A stretch of 64,000 nt of DNA from assembly GCA_000320545.1 (NCBI GenBank), contig ADNK01003482.1, positions 66,833-130,832 on the forward strand, in the 5' to 3' direction. Below are positions 29,141 to 39,305 of the stretch, one piece after another. Each line of letters begins with the position of its first letter. Within the stretch, counting starts at the first letter, position 1. Made by a program: the position numbers and the translations under genes. Under the pieces are notes generated by a model. The model was not told where the DNA came from and searched no databases. It was given only the letters and a program-made list of their open reading frames with translations. The DNA is from Bigelowiella natans CCMP2755. Taxonomy: Eukaryota > Protista > Cercozoa.

Positions 29141-29716
29141 GTGCATATTACGCAAGACCGTGTTCTCATCACTATCATGATAAAACCATGTGCAACATCA
29201 CCAAGATACCTCCACAGATGCCTTCTCCTCCCTCCTCCTCGTCTTTCTCTTCCTCATCTCATGTCAAACACAGGCGCTCTTCTCAATGCAGTGGACGGCC
29301 ATGGTGACGAAAGTTTGGAAGTTGTGTGTGCTGCGGTGGAGGCCTTGATCGATCTTTACTCTGAAGATGACCGTTTTCAAGAGGAAACGAAGGTGGTGCT
29401 TCTACTCCGATAAGAAGACTGATCTATGTGCCCTTCATCTGAGCGAGGAATAGTCACAACCATCCCAATTATGGTCGCCATGTTCATCATAATGATCTTA
29501 AACATTGTCATCTCCATCCTCTAAATTTATGGGTTGTGATTGTTCTTGCAGCAATTGAAGCTCGTGGAGCGGCTGTTTAGATTCATTCCGGTCTACGAAA
29601 AAAGACTGAAGAGCTCCGAGGAAGGAGGCCGCTTAGACGAGGTCTCGCGTGAGCACCAGATTAATATCTTCCAGAACCTTCAAGCTTTTGTTCAGTACAA
29701 ACGGAGCAGAAGCTAG
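24014..29716 (+). CDS. HEATR3: HEAT repeat protein 3 / Syo1 (symportin, uL5-uL18 import adaptor), multi-exon
   Basis: Basic N-terminus MGKQRRRRRKGKAARDKIDPLGG; ARM/HEAT exons (VVKRLLKLLLDSNAHVAVAA; AGSLLSVASDDN; LETLANLCS); C-terminus EALIDLYSEDD...LKLVERLFRFIPVYEKRLK...NLQAFVQYKRSRS* (TAG 29714-29716). Confidence 0.8.
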
Positions 29717-29949
29717 CAAGTAGAGTAGTTGAATTGTTTGAAGTAACAGTTGTCGTCGTCGTCGTCGTCGTCGTCGTGGTCATAGTCAGTTGCTGTACAG
29801 CTTGAGGTTGGATGGAGCTTGGAATAGTCGCAGGAGAAACACGGCCTAGATACGAGAGATCTATATGAAAAAGAAATGATCCTCATGCTCTGCACTACTT
29901 TATTATTTCCAAACCATCAGACTTCGACCCGTGATACATATGTATATTA

Positions 29950-30420
29950 ACATGTATGAGACGGATGTAATGAAGAATTAAATTTTTTCAATGGTCATCC
30001 TGATGTAGCTGTGCAATGCAGCGGCTACAGCGCTAATGTTACATCTGTTGGTTTCTGCTACAATGTGTTTCATGCATTTGAAAGCGTCCTCATGCGACCG
30101 ATGTTGCCGCGCACTGCGCGCAGCAGTTCTGGAGTCCTTTTCAGCCTTTGTCAGCCGGTTCGTGTCGTCGTTGCGATTCATGATCGCGCGCATTTGATTG
30201 CGCAATCTGATTTGTTCTCGACTGTGTGTTGGACATTGCAGGAGATGATCCATGTCCTTCAGGATGCCACATGCATCGCACGTGGCATCTTCCTCTGTGC
30301 ATTGTCCACGTGATGGCATGAATTTTCCAAGATTGCCGACACCACAGATGGCGCGCATCCATGATGTAGCAACACTTGGAAGTTTTAGTTTGATGCCGGT
30401 GATCGAAGATGACGGGAGCG
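29950..30420 (-). mobile_element. LINE ORF2 C-terminus (CCHC zinc knuckle) plus short 3' end, copy B
   Basis: WMRAICGVGNLGKFM...CDACGILKDMDHLLQC...SAVAAALHSYIRMTIEKI*, followed by ttcattacatccgtctcata. Confidence 0.88.
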
Positions 30421-30429
30421 GGTACCTCA

Positions 30430-30680
30430 CAATTGACAAAAGAAATGAAGCCCACCGACACCAAACCTCCTGGAACATCTCTCTCAATCTCCAAGGAAAA
30501 ATGAAAAGAGTCGACAGCGGCAGATGTCTCGGACTAATCTTCGACAACAAATTGACCTTTGAAAAACATGCTCTTGCTTCTCACCTGAGATTGCAAAAGA
30601 AGCGAAGGTTTTTGTTAAGGTTGTGTCATTCCAGACACCTTGTACCGCTAAATGTCAGACTGAAATTTTACAAATCATGG
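30430..30680 (+). mobile_element. LINE reverse-transcriptase thumb fragment, inverted relative to the flanking LINE pieces
   Basis: KRVDSGRCLGLIFDNKLTFEKH...LQKKRRFLLRL...RLKFYKS matches the non-LTR RT motif (K/R)YLGxxFDxKLxFxxH...LYKS. Confidence 0.8.
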
Positions 30681-31469
30681 TTCCTTGTCGCGGTTTTTAT
30701 CCTTCGGATCTGCTGTGTTTGTTTCCTCACTTGTTGGTTCGTTGGCATGTTGTTTTTTGCCAGTGAGAACAGTGCGACATGGGTCGCCGGAGGCCATGAT
30801 GGCGCCCCCCGCCTGCAGCATGGCTGTTTTATCAAGTTCCAATATGAGCACGTTCTGTTTGTACTTCCGGTTGTATTTCCTTTGATTCCTAGCGTGACTT
30901 TTTGGAACTTGCCAACTCTGGCTATGCTTTCGCTCAGCTAGTCTTTGTACTTCTGCTTCAGGATGTTTATCTCGATCATGAGGTCCATCAGCGCGTGATG
31001 AGGTTGTGACACTAGCGCAAGTTCTCGAGGTCCGTTGTATCAGGGAGGGTTGAGCTTCCATTGTGCCATTCTTCTGATGTTCCTTGATACAATTCAGTTC
31101 TTCTTCAAGTTTCAGTAATTTGTTTTTGAGCCCAGCGTTTTCCTCCTGCATGTCTTTTTGATCTTGCTGCAATTGTTGTTGTTTCTCGTCAACTAACTGG
31201 ACCATTGTGGTCAGCATTTCACACAATTTTTTCATTGTGTTCCACTGAGGTGTTTCTTTGCGTTCCATTGTTGCAGACAGTGTTGAAGTAACTTCGCGAA
31301 GGCATTGAGACAGATCATAACTCTTCCTATCAGAGCCACAGTCGTCATCATTGCATTCTGAATCGAGATCCAACGTTGCGTGTTGGTTCTTTTTGTGCTT
31401 TCTTCCCTTTTTGGGTGTCTGGTGCTTGTTGTTGCCACGTGCGCTGCGCGTGATCATCACGATGGGCAA
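30681..31469 (-). mobile_element. Probable LINE ORF1 (basic N-terminus, coiled coil), truncated
   Basis: 264-aa ORF with a K-rich start, NQHATL, coiled coil (EENAGLKNKLLKLEEEL) and RTCASV (ORF1-type TYASV). Directly adjacent to the RT and 3' fragments, and TpA-poor like them. Confidence 0.6.
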
Positions 31470-31859
31470 TATTTCACTTGTGTGCGGCTATGAGTCCGTA
31501 ATGAACATTCCATATTAATGTGTACATTACATACATGTGTGCACATATGTACATGTGTGTGCATGTACATGTTTACATGCAAGCATCAGCTCAATTGTCA
31601 TGTTCACATTTTTGCCACCTGAGTGCAAACATCGCCTCATATCAGCTACATCATTGTGGACGACCTGCACATGACATCCGCACCATTGACATGTTTGCGA
31701 TTAGCCAGGATGCTGACAGATGCAAATATGGCAGCATGGCTTTCCGAGCATTGTGCGTGAGCGACAGAGATCGTTGTTTCAAGCTAGCTTGTGACACGAT
31801 TGTTGTAGTAACAGCGTCATATGCTATGATGTGCACAGCAGCCTGCTGCACATGTACGT

Positions 31860-32117
31860 GTTAGATTCAACAAACAACTGACGGCGATCATGGATCGCAA
31901 TGACGAAACTGCGCGTCTCACACCCGCAGAAAAAACAAGTCGAGCTGCTGCGCGAGAAGCGCGCCATGCTAGACCTAATCATCGTGCATTTTCATGCATG
32001 CATCATGTGACCAAGGAAACCAACAGATACAACTTAAGCGCTGTAGCCGCTGCATTGCATAGCTACATTAGGATGACCATTGAAAAAATTTAAACATTTC
32101 GCTTACATCCGTCTCAT
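31860..32117 (+). mobile_element. LINE 3' fragment, copy C
   Basis: MDRNDETARLTPAEK...ETNRYNLSAVAAALHSYIRMTIEKI*, then cttacatccgtctcata. Confidence 0.88.
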
Positions 32118-32526
32118 ATGTACGTGTGCTAGTGTGCAACAGCAATTGAAGCAAAAAAGATCTAAGGCACAAAATTTGACCGTGTAACTTTGGTCGCAAG
32201 GACGCGCGAACATCCAGCCTCGCTTATTCACAAGCCACGCCTCGACATGTCACACACCAGCGCACGCGCGTCATCGAATATGGCTATATATAGCGAGCAG
32301 CGCTAGAGCGCTTCCGGGTGCATCCGACCATGCTCGTGTTGCAGCGCGTGCGCCATCTTGCCTTCATGTTGGACAAATATCGACATGTGTTTCGAGTGTC
32401 ATCCCAATGCAACTTTGCAAAAATGCTGCGGTTATTACAGCAGCGCGCTACAATGTTGCTAGCATACTCTCTCTCTCTTTCCATATATGCATGCAAAATA
32501 TATAGATATATGTATATAGATAAAAG

Positions 32527-32576
<50 letters not shown>

Positions 32577-32706
32577 AAGAGGTATAAAGGCACATTGTCT
32601 ACGATCTACACTCACATGCACATGGCTATTATTATTATGTACCAACGCACGCACGCAGGAATACATGCAGAGGTCCATCATTTATCCATTGTTCATGTAC
32701 TATGAT

Positions 32707-33339
32707 CTATTTTGTTTCTAGCACCATCATAAACTTTGAGAGATCATCTAATTCAGGTAGAATCTCAGCTTCAGTAGCTTTCGCCACAATCTCCTTAGGA
32801 TATACCCAAGTTTCATCACATCTCCATCCTTTGCCCACAGCTTCTTTTGTCGCCTCCTCAACGCCAAATCCTACGAGCTTGGCGTACTCCTTGAGGGTGA
32901 TGGATTTGTACGATGTGGCAACGAACGCATTCATTTTTTTGCGAACGTGAATCACCAAATATTGTAAGAATTGCGTGAGCCTGTCCGGAAGTTGAGCAGT
33001 TTTCGCATGTATAAAAAAATTGTTCCTATTTTTTTGCAATAGATTTTTTCCTAAGGTCCAGATTGTTTCAAGAAAAGGCTGATTCTTTATTACTTTTGCC
33101 GGAATCCGCCGCCAGACCATGTGACAGAGCTGAAGCTCATCCTGGAGAAGATACGCGAACATGAGAACCCCATAATTAAGTGCTAAGCTCTCGTTCGTAT
33201 CCCCAGTTACAGCTAACTCGTATTCGCGAGCTTGTTTCACATATGTTTCTAGATTTTCCAGGATATTCCCTCTCGGGGCTGCGGATAGAGGAGACGATAA
33301 GCATGCACTCCTGGTCTTCACATCCTTGTCTCCCATCAT
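32707..33339 (-). CDS. CSN8: COP9 signalosome subunit 8, intronless
   Basis: 210-aa ORF with AYLLQDELQLCHMVWRRIP, IWTLGKNL, VATSYKSI, GW and LDDLSKFMMVLE (CSN8/PCI pattern). Confidence 0.88.
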   Translation of the reverse strand: MMGDKDVKTRSACLSSPLSAAPRGNILENLETYVKQAREYELAVTGDTNESLALNYGVLMFAYLLQDELQLCHMVWRRIPAKVIKNQPFLETIWTLGKNLLQKNRNNFFIHAKTAQLPDRLTQFLQYLVIHVRKKMNAFVATSYKSITLKEYAKLVGFGVEEATKEAVGKGWRCDETWVYPKEIVAKATEAEILPELDDLSKFMMVLETK

Positions 33340-33573
33340 TTTTTAATAATGTGTTTATTTAGGACTTAATTTGTCATTTATTGCTTGAGGCATACTGCAG
33401 AATGGCATTCCATTCAAATATAACGACAACCAAAACAACCACCTATCTTCGAAGTTGGATCAGATGCATGTCGCAACAGATAAAAAGGGGCTATTTGCAA
33501 CCGGTCTCTTCTTTGTGAGCGGAGGTCGGACCGACACCGTGCATCGAAGAACACCTTCTTCGTCCTGAACACC

Positions 33574-35833
33574 ATGCGAGCAATGAGGGCTTTCGGAGCT
33601 ATGAAAAGGAAAACACAACGGCTTATACGACGAAGAACGTATTCCTTGTTACTTATTTGATTCGGAGCATAGTATCAAAAATACAATGTATGTTGGTCCT
33701 TATTCAGCAGAATAGGAATCTGCACAGCGGCATTTGCAGCGACAGCAACTGCAGGAATGGCATCGTTCACAGCGCTATGGCCTGCAGCTCGCATATCATA
33801 CGCGAAGGGATTGAGTTCAGGTTTGAATGTTGAGGAGAATCTCCTAAAAAATCCAAATTGTATTCGCGACGTATTGCTCCAAGATGAAAGCAAGGTCGGG
33901 GCAGTCACTAAGATTATTGAAGAAGGCCAAATAGAAAACAATACTTTGAACAACAGGTCATTCTAATCGATGGTGGACTCGCCAGTGAACTTCAGAAGTA
34001 ATGACATTTTCGGAATTATTGTATGGTTTGAGATCAAAGTAAGTAAGATGAATGATGATGTGACATTGGAAATAATAGTAACGGGTATAACATCGATGGA
34101 GACCCACTTTGGAGCGCTCGTATCCTTCACACAGATGCAAATGCCATTAGAGATGTACATCTTGCTTACCTCAGAGCGGGTAAGTCTTCGACCACCGGAA
34201 CCACCACCACCATAATATGGATACGTTTAATCTTCAATCACTCAAGAAAAAAATATGTCAAGGAAGGAATAAATGTGTGTGAAAATCTTACGTTTGCAGG
34301 GGCTTCCGTGATTACATGTGCATCATATCAGGTATGAATGTAGCGAGCAGCTAGTTTTGAACGAAGTTGCTCTTAGTAGGAAAAACCTGGGAACTTGTCC
34401 ACCATCGTTTTTGACTTGTGACATGTTCCCTCCAAGGCTTCGATATCTGGATTAAGAGAGCATCTTAGCGTCTCCGAGAAGACTGCAGAAGGTCTCATCC
34501 CTCGGAGGTACAATATACCAAGGATTGATAGCTTACATTAGCACACTGCGGTGATCCAACGTCATCTATAAACGGTCTCAAAATGACTCCCTGCTGAATA
34601 TGTTATCAGTGTGCAAATTGCAAAACAAGCTAGGAAGGAGTACCTCTTGGAGACCACCCGGCAGAAGGAAGAAGAGGATAATATCCAACAACAACAACGT
34701 CAAGATGAAAGCGATCATCGGCAAATATGGGTATTATGTGTATTTCTATGATGACGGAATGTTGATAATGATGATGCTGCTGATGATGAGCCGTGTAACA
34801 AAATCGGCAGCAGATTATCTGGAATATGAAATCTTCTCAGGGCCATGATCATCAATACCCATTTGTCTATTCAGGTTGCTGGAAGTGTTGGACCCTATGG
34901 AGCTTGCCTTCACGACGGATCAGAGTAAACATACTGCCGCCAATGTTCTGTGTTTTTATTTAAATTCATGAATATTTACCTAATATGTAAATTACTTCTC
35001 AGTACGGAACAAATAATGACTACTACTGCATACCTGCTTACTGCATCAATAGTCATATTTATGCTTTGACAACTGCTGTTTCGATCTTGGGCATCATCGT
35101 CACACCAATAGGTATACTGGTTCCTACATTGACAGTGTGTCGGAGGATGACTTGGCGAAGTGGCACAAAAAGGTCATTCATCCTCATCATGAACCATTCA
35201 CTGATCCATCACGAAATCTCTCCCATGCAAAAAGATACTTCTTGGCATTTTTGTCGATTAATCACAGAAATAATGCCGACATCATCATGCTGCTGCAGCA
35301 CTAATGTGCATTCTGCTACTGACGTTAGAGGATAGATTTACTGGTGGAGGCAGGGGCGGATCTTCTCGCGATCGAAACTATACCATCAAAGGTACGGTAT
35401 TCACATACACCTTGCCTGTTGCTTTAGCTGCTGCTATGAATCATCCGTGATTTCTAGTTCCAGTCCTTGCCGACATTCTTCTGTTCTTCTCATTTCAGGT
35501 GGAAGCTACTGCGATTTGCAAGCTCTTGCAACGAGAGCATCAAGACATCCCCGTCTGGGTATTCTTCCTGATTCTATCACTACTACTACCATTACTACTA
35601 CTACTACTACTACTTCTCTTCCCTCCATTTTATCCAATAGATATACCTATCTCCGAATCATGCTCATCATTATGAATAGAGCGCATGGAGAATCTGATGA
35701 CCCATGATCGCAGTAGCAGATGGTGACTAATGAGGAGAGTGCATGTAGCATGAGAAAGTGCCTTGATGAATATTCTGATGGCTTTCTATTATCTTTGTGA
35801 TTTCTAGACAACGTGCGGCACAATAATGATCGC

Positions 35834-35871
<38 letters not shown>

Positions 35872-36975
35872 GTAATTGTGTAGGTAACATTTAGTTGTAA
35901 GGATGGCGCTCATACCGCAAGGTTACAAATTCAGATAGCAACAAAACCAGCAATAACAGCACGATAAATGTACTTGCATGGCTCCAGCTATTCTCTTTGA
36001 TTCTATGACTTTGACATTTCCAGAGGCGAGCGAATCGAGGACGCCGTAGCAGAGGTGGCAAAGTTTTCTCAGGTATGCTTTGCGCTTTTACAATTTGGTA
36101 ACTTGTCATCTGACATGCTCTTTGTAATCTCCTCATCTTTGATCGAAATGGTATCCACCTCCTCATCGTCGTCGTTCCCCTCATTTGATCGAAATGGTAT
36201 CCACCTCCTCATCGTCGTCGTTCCCCTCATGTGCTATCATTGTCATTATAGGTCATAGGCATTGGGGTAAACTGCTGTAACCCAGCTTACGTATGCTCTT
36301 TGCTCTCTCGGGCACGTAATACAATTGCTGTGAGAAAGAACACCAGTAGCACATCGAAGAAGAACAAGAAGAAGGAGACCGGTAACAACATAATAAGCCA
36401 TCGTCATCGTTGTCGTCTCATAGTCATTGCTATCCTCCTCTTGCCTCCCTTGCACACTCGGATAGCATCAGTGCGGCTACTACCAGTTTTAGTTGCATAT
36501 CCGAATTCTGGAGAGGATTGGGATCATGAAACAGGTAGCAGCAAGAGTGGTAAATGATGAGAGACTCTTGCATTACCACGGAGGGACTAACAAACCACGG
36601 ATAAAATTGTACAATCTTGAATACTTGCGATTGCCTAGTACCACTCCATTGCTACTTCCTCGTTCGATCATCTGAGTGATGTCGGGCTGCGACTAATACA
36701 AAGGTTGGCACGGCCAATCAGAGGCTGAAACAAAGGCGTGCACACGTCGTAGTGTTGAATGGGTGTCTCAAGGTAGGACGCATGTTGGACAACAAACAGT
36801 CCCTATGTTCCCCTCTTCTCCCCAGCGTTCAAACTTACTACAATTAGACTGCAACTAATGCATTTTGCATACCAATATGTAATCATCAGGTGCACGGCTT
36901 GTCGGCGGTTGCTGCAGAATTGGACCGAAGCAAATACATGGGATGTCAAAGGTTTTGACTGGCAACATCCGCTAG
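33574..36975 (+). CDS. Homocysteine S-methyltransferase (MmuM/HMT family), multi-exon, with N-terminal extension
   Basis: VILIDGGLASEL; DPLWSARIL; VHLAYLRA|GASVITCASYQ; VAGSVGPYGACLHDGSE; GADLLAIETIP; GIGVNC; VAYPNSGEDWD; GARLVGGCCRIGP. TAG at 36973-36975. Confidence 0.93.
36138..36229 (+). repeat. Perfect 46-bp tandem duplication inside the HMT gene
   Basis: tttgatcgaaatggtatccacctcctcatcgtcgtcgttcccctca occurs twice in a row. Confidence 0.9.
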
Positions 36976-37560
36976 CAGCACGTCGTCGTATTGATGATGC
37001 TTTTTGCAAGCAGCATCGATCGCTCTGCGTTCAGCCTCTTGAGTGACGCAATGATGTCGTCACATGCTAGCATGCATGCTGCAGCCAGGGCTGTCACTTC
37101 ACAACAGCTGACAACAAGTTAGTAAGATGGATGTAATGAATCAATTAAATTTGTTCAATGATAATCCTCATGTTGGTATAATCTACATCAAATTATGCTT
37201 ACTACGTTTGCGGCATGCCTTGATCTAGTGATGCCGCCAAGCGCACGCATGCTGTGATGGCTAGCCACACTTGTGGTTGTAGACATGCAATTATGGTTGT
37301 AGACACGCAACATTTAGCTGTTTGCTCATGTCTAGTAGATGCGTAAGCGTGAGCGTGCAGTCTGCGCGTAGACGAAGAAATGATGCAACACGTCTAGACG
37401 TCATGCGTGCAGCTCATTTTAATTGCATAGCATCCGCGATGACTATGAAGCTTAGAACAAACTACAGCTGCTGCTAATAGTGACATTGTGACAGAATGCC
37501 ACAAGACAATGAATTGTCGCAACCGTTTACGTTCACAAAGAATAATGATGGCTAGGCTTA
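36976..37560. repeat. Decayed repeat island containing a short LINE 3' terminus (copy G, ~37122-37175, minus)
   Basis: Minus strand reads aggattatcattgaacaaatttaattgattcattacatccatctta. Surroundings are gcatgc/ctag-rich. Confidence 0.65.
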
Positions 37561-37566
37561 TTCCGC

Positions 37567-39135
37567 TCATGTGTTGACCCTGGCATTAACGTTCTCTGAT
37601 CTTGACTTATGTTCGCTCCTTGACCCATTTTTGCTTTCCTCCTGGCTACGCCTTTTGAGCGACCCGGATGTCATATGCTGGCTACCTTTTCTACCACGGT
37701 TTTCCAGAACGTTTAGCCTTTTCCCAAGTGATCTTTGCATATTCTTCTGATCTTTCAAGTTGTTCAGATAAAAGTACGCCCATCCATCCATTCGGTCATC
37801 CGTACCCACTTCTTCCAGACTTGGGGTTACTCGCACCAAGAAAGGATGATTAGCTCGATTTCTACAAGGTGGTAGCATAAAGAGCCATAGCGGTATGGAG
37901 ATGATAACCGCTGGCAACGCAGCGATTGCAAGCCCCCCGGCAATTTGTTTCCCAAGTTGGTCACTAAAATCATACTTGACATAATCAGTGCCGTAAGCTA
38001 AATCGATCATTTCCTGATCGCAGAGAATAGCGGCCATAATTAGCCCCAGCATTCCGCACGCACCATGCACAGCAAATGCGTCAACAGGGTCATCGATCCG
38101 GAGCCCAATTTTTATGAGCATACTGCTCAGGCCCATAATCGGACCAGCAAAGATTCCAGTGATGATCGCGCCCCACCCTCGCATCGTCGCACAGCCTGCG
38201 GTCACAGCAACTAAGCCGCCGAGGATTGAATTCATGAGCCCTTCGAAATCGATTTTATATTTTGGATAGCGCCGCCCCGATGTCTCATTCGTAGCATCCG
38301 TGTGACTCCGCGACAGCTCGATATCAACAGCCGATATATTCATGTTCCGATTCCTCAAATAAAAGCACATACGCCAATATCTCAGGCGATCGAAACATAG
38401 GTAGCTGATAAGAGAAGCAGCTGGGGCAAGAGCTGTGTTCATGCTGCAGATACCTGCCACTACGCTTTTACCCCCTGTAATCCCTTTTGTACTTCCGGCG
38501 TTGAAACCGAACCACCCAATCCATAGAAGCATAGTTCCCATGAGTGAATGTGTCAGGGAGTGGCCTTTGATTGATGTCACTCCTTCCTCCATAAACTTCT
38601 TTCGAGGGCCAATTATGGCACTCGCCGTGATACCAGCAACGCCACCGCACAGGTGCACAACCCCGGACCCAGCAAAGTCAATAAAGCCCCACTTGTACAG
38701 CCACCCGTTTGACGCCCAGACCCAGTGGGACAATATAGGATACACCAATAATGACAGAAGAAACGGAATGAAAATGTAACTTGTAAGCCGCATGCGTCCG
38801 GAGACTGCGCCTGATGCAATGGTGGAGGAGGCAGCTGCGAAGGTCAGCCCAAAGAACATATCTGGGAACTCATCCCAGGAATCGGTGAATGAATGGCTAA
38901 AAGTACCGACGAAAGAATTTCCGGTGTTGCGCGAAAGTGAGTAGCCCCATGCGAACCACATGAAGCCGCTAATGGACACGTCCACGACATTTTTTAGCAA
39001 GATCGACAATGCGTTCTTGGCTTCCACGCTCCCGAACTCCAGAAGAGCAAATCCCAATTGCATGATGAAAACGAAAAAGGCACACAGAATGATCCAGCCA
39101 TTGTCGATATCCTTTTCGAGGGACATGGGGTGCAA
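37567..39135 (-). CDS. AMT: Ammonium transporter (AMT1-type), intronless ORF
   Basis: 522 aa: MQLGFALLEFGSV, DFAGSGVVHLCGG, LWIGWFGFNAGS, NSILGGLVAVTAGC, IDDPVDAFAVHGACG. Both pore histidines are present. Confidence 0.97.
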   Translation of the reverse strand: MHPMSLEKDIDNGWIILCAFFVFIMQLGFALLEFGSVEAKNALSILLKNVVDVSISGFMWFAWGYSLSRNTGNSFVGTFSHSFTDSWDEFPDMFFGLTFAAASSTIASGAVSGRMRLTSYIFIPFLLSLLVYPILSHWVWASNGWLYKWGFIDFAGSGVVHLCGGVAGITASAIIGPRKKFMEEGVTSIKGHSLTHSLMGTMLLWIGWFGFNAGSTKGITGGKSVVAGICSMNTALAPAASLISYLCFDRLRYWRMCFYLRNRNMNISAVDIELSRSHTDATNETSGRRYPKYKIDFEGLMNSILGGLVAVTAGCATMRGWGAIITGIFAGPIMGLSSMLIKIGLRIDDPVDAFAVHGACGMLGLIMAAILCDQEMIDLAYGTDYVKYDFSDQLGKQIAGGLAIAALPAVIISIPLWLFMLPPCRNRANHPFLVRVTPSLEEVGTDDRMDGWAYFYLNNLKDQKNMQRSLGKRLNVLENRGRKGSQHMTSGSLKRRSQEESKNGSRSEHKSRSENVNARVNT

Positions 39136-39305
39136 TCAATATCGTTGCCCCCCTCCCTCGGAGTTGTAATGATTGTGTCAAAATAGGGGATTTTAGGTAT
39201 AGATCTATGTACAGCAGAAAAGCACAGAGAAAGAACAGCTTAATATGTAACGGCTCGTGGCTCGTGGCTGATTTTAGGTGTTTCGTAACTTTCATGCAAA
39301 TGATA

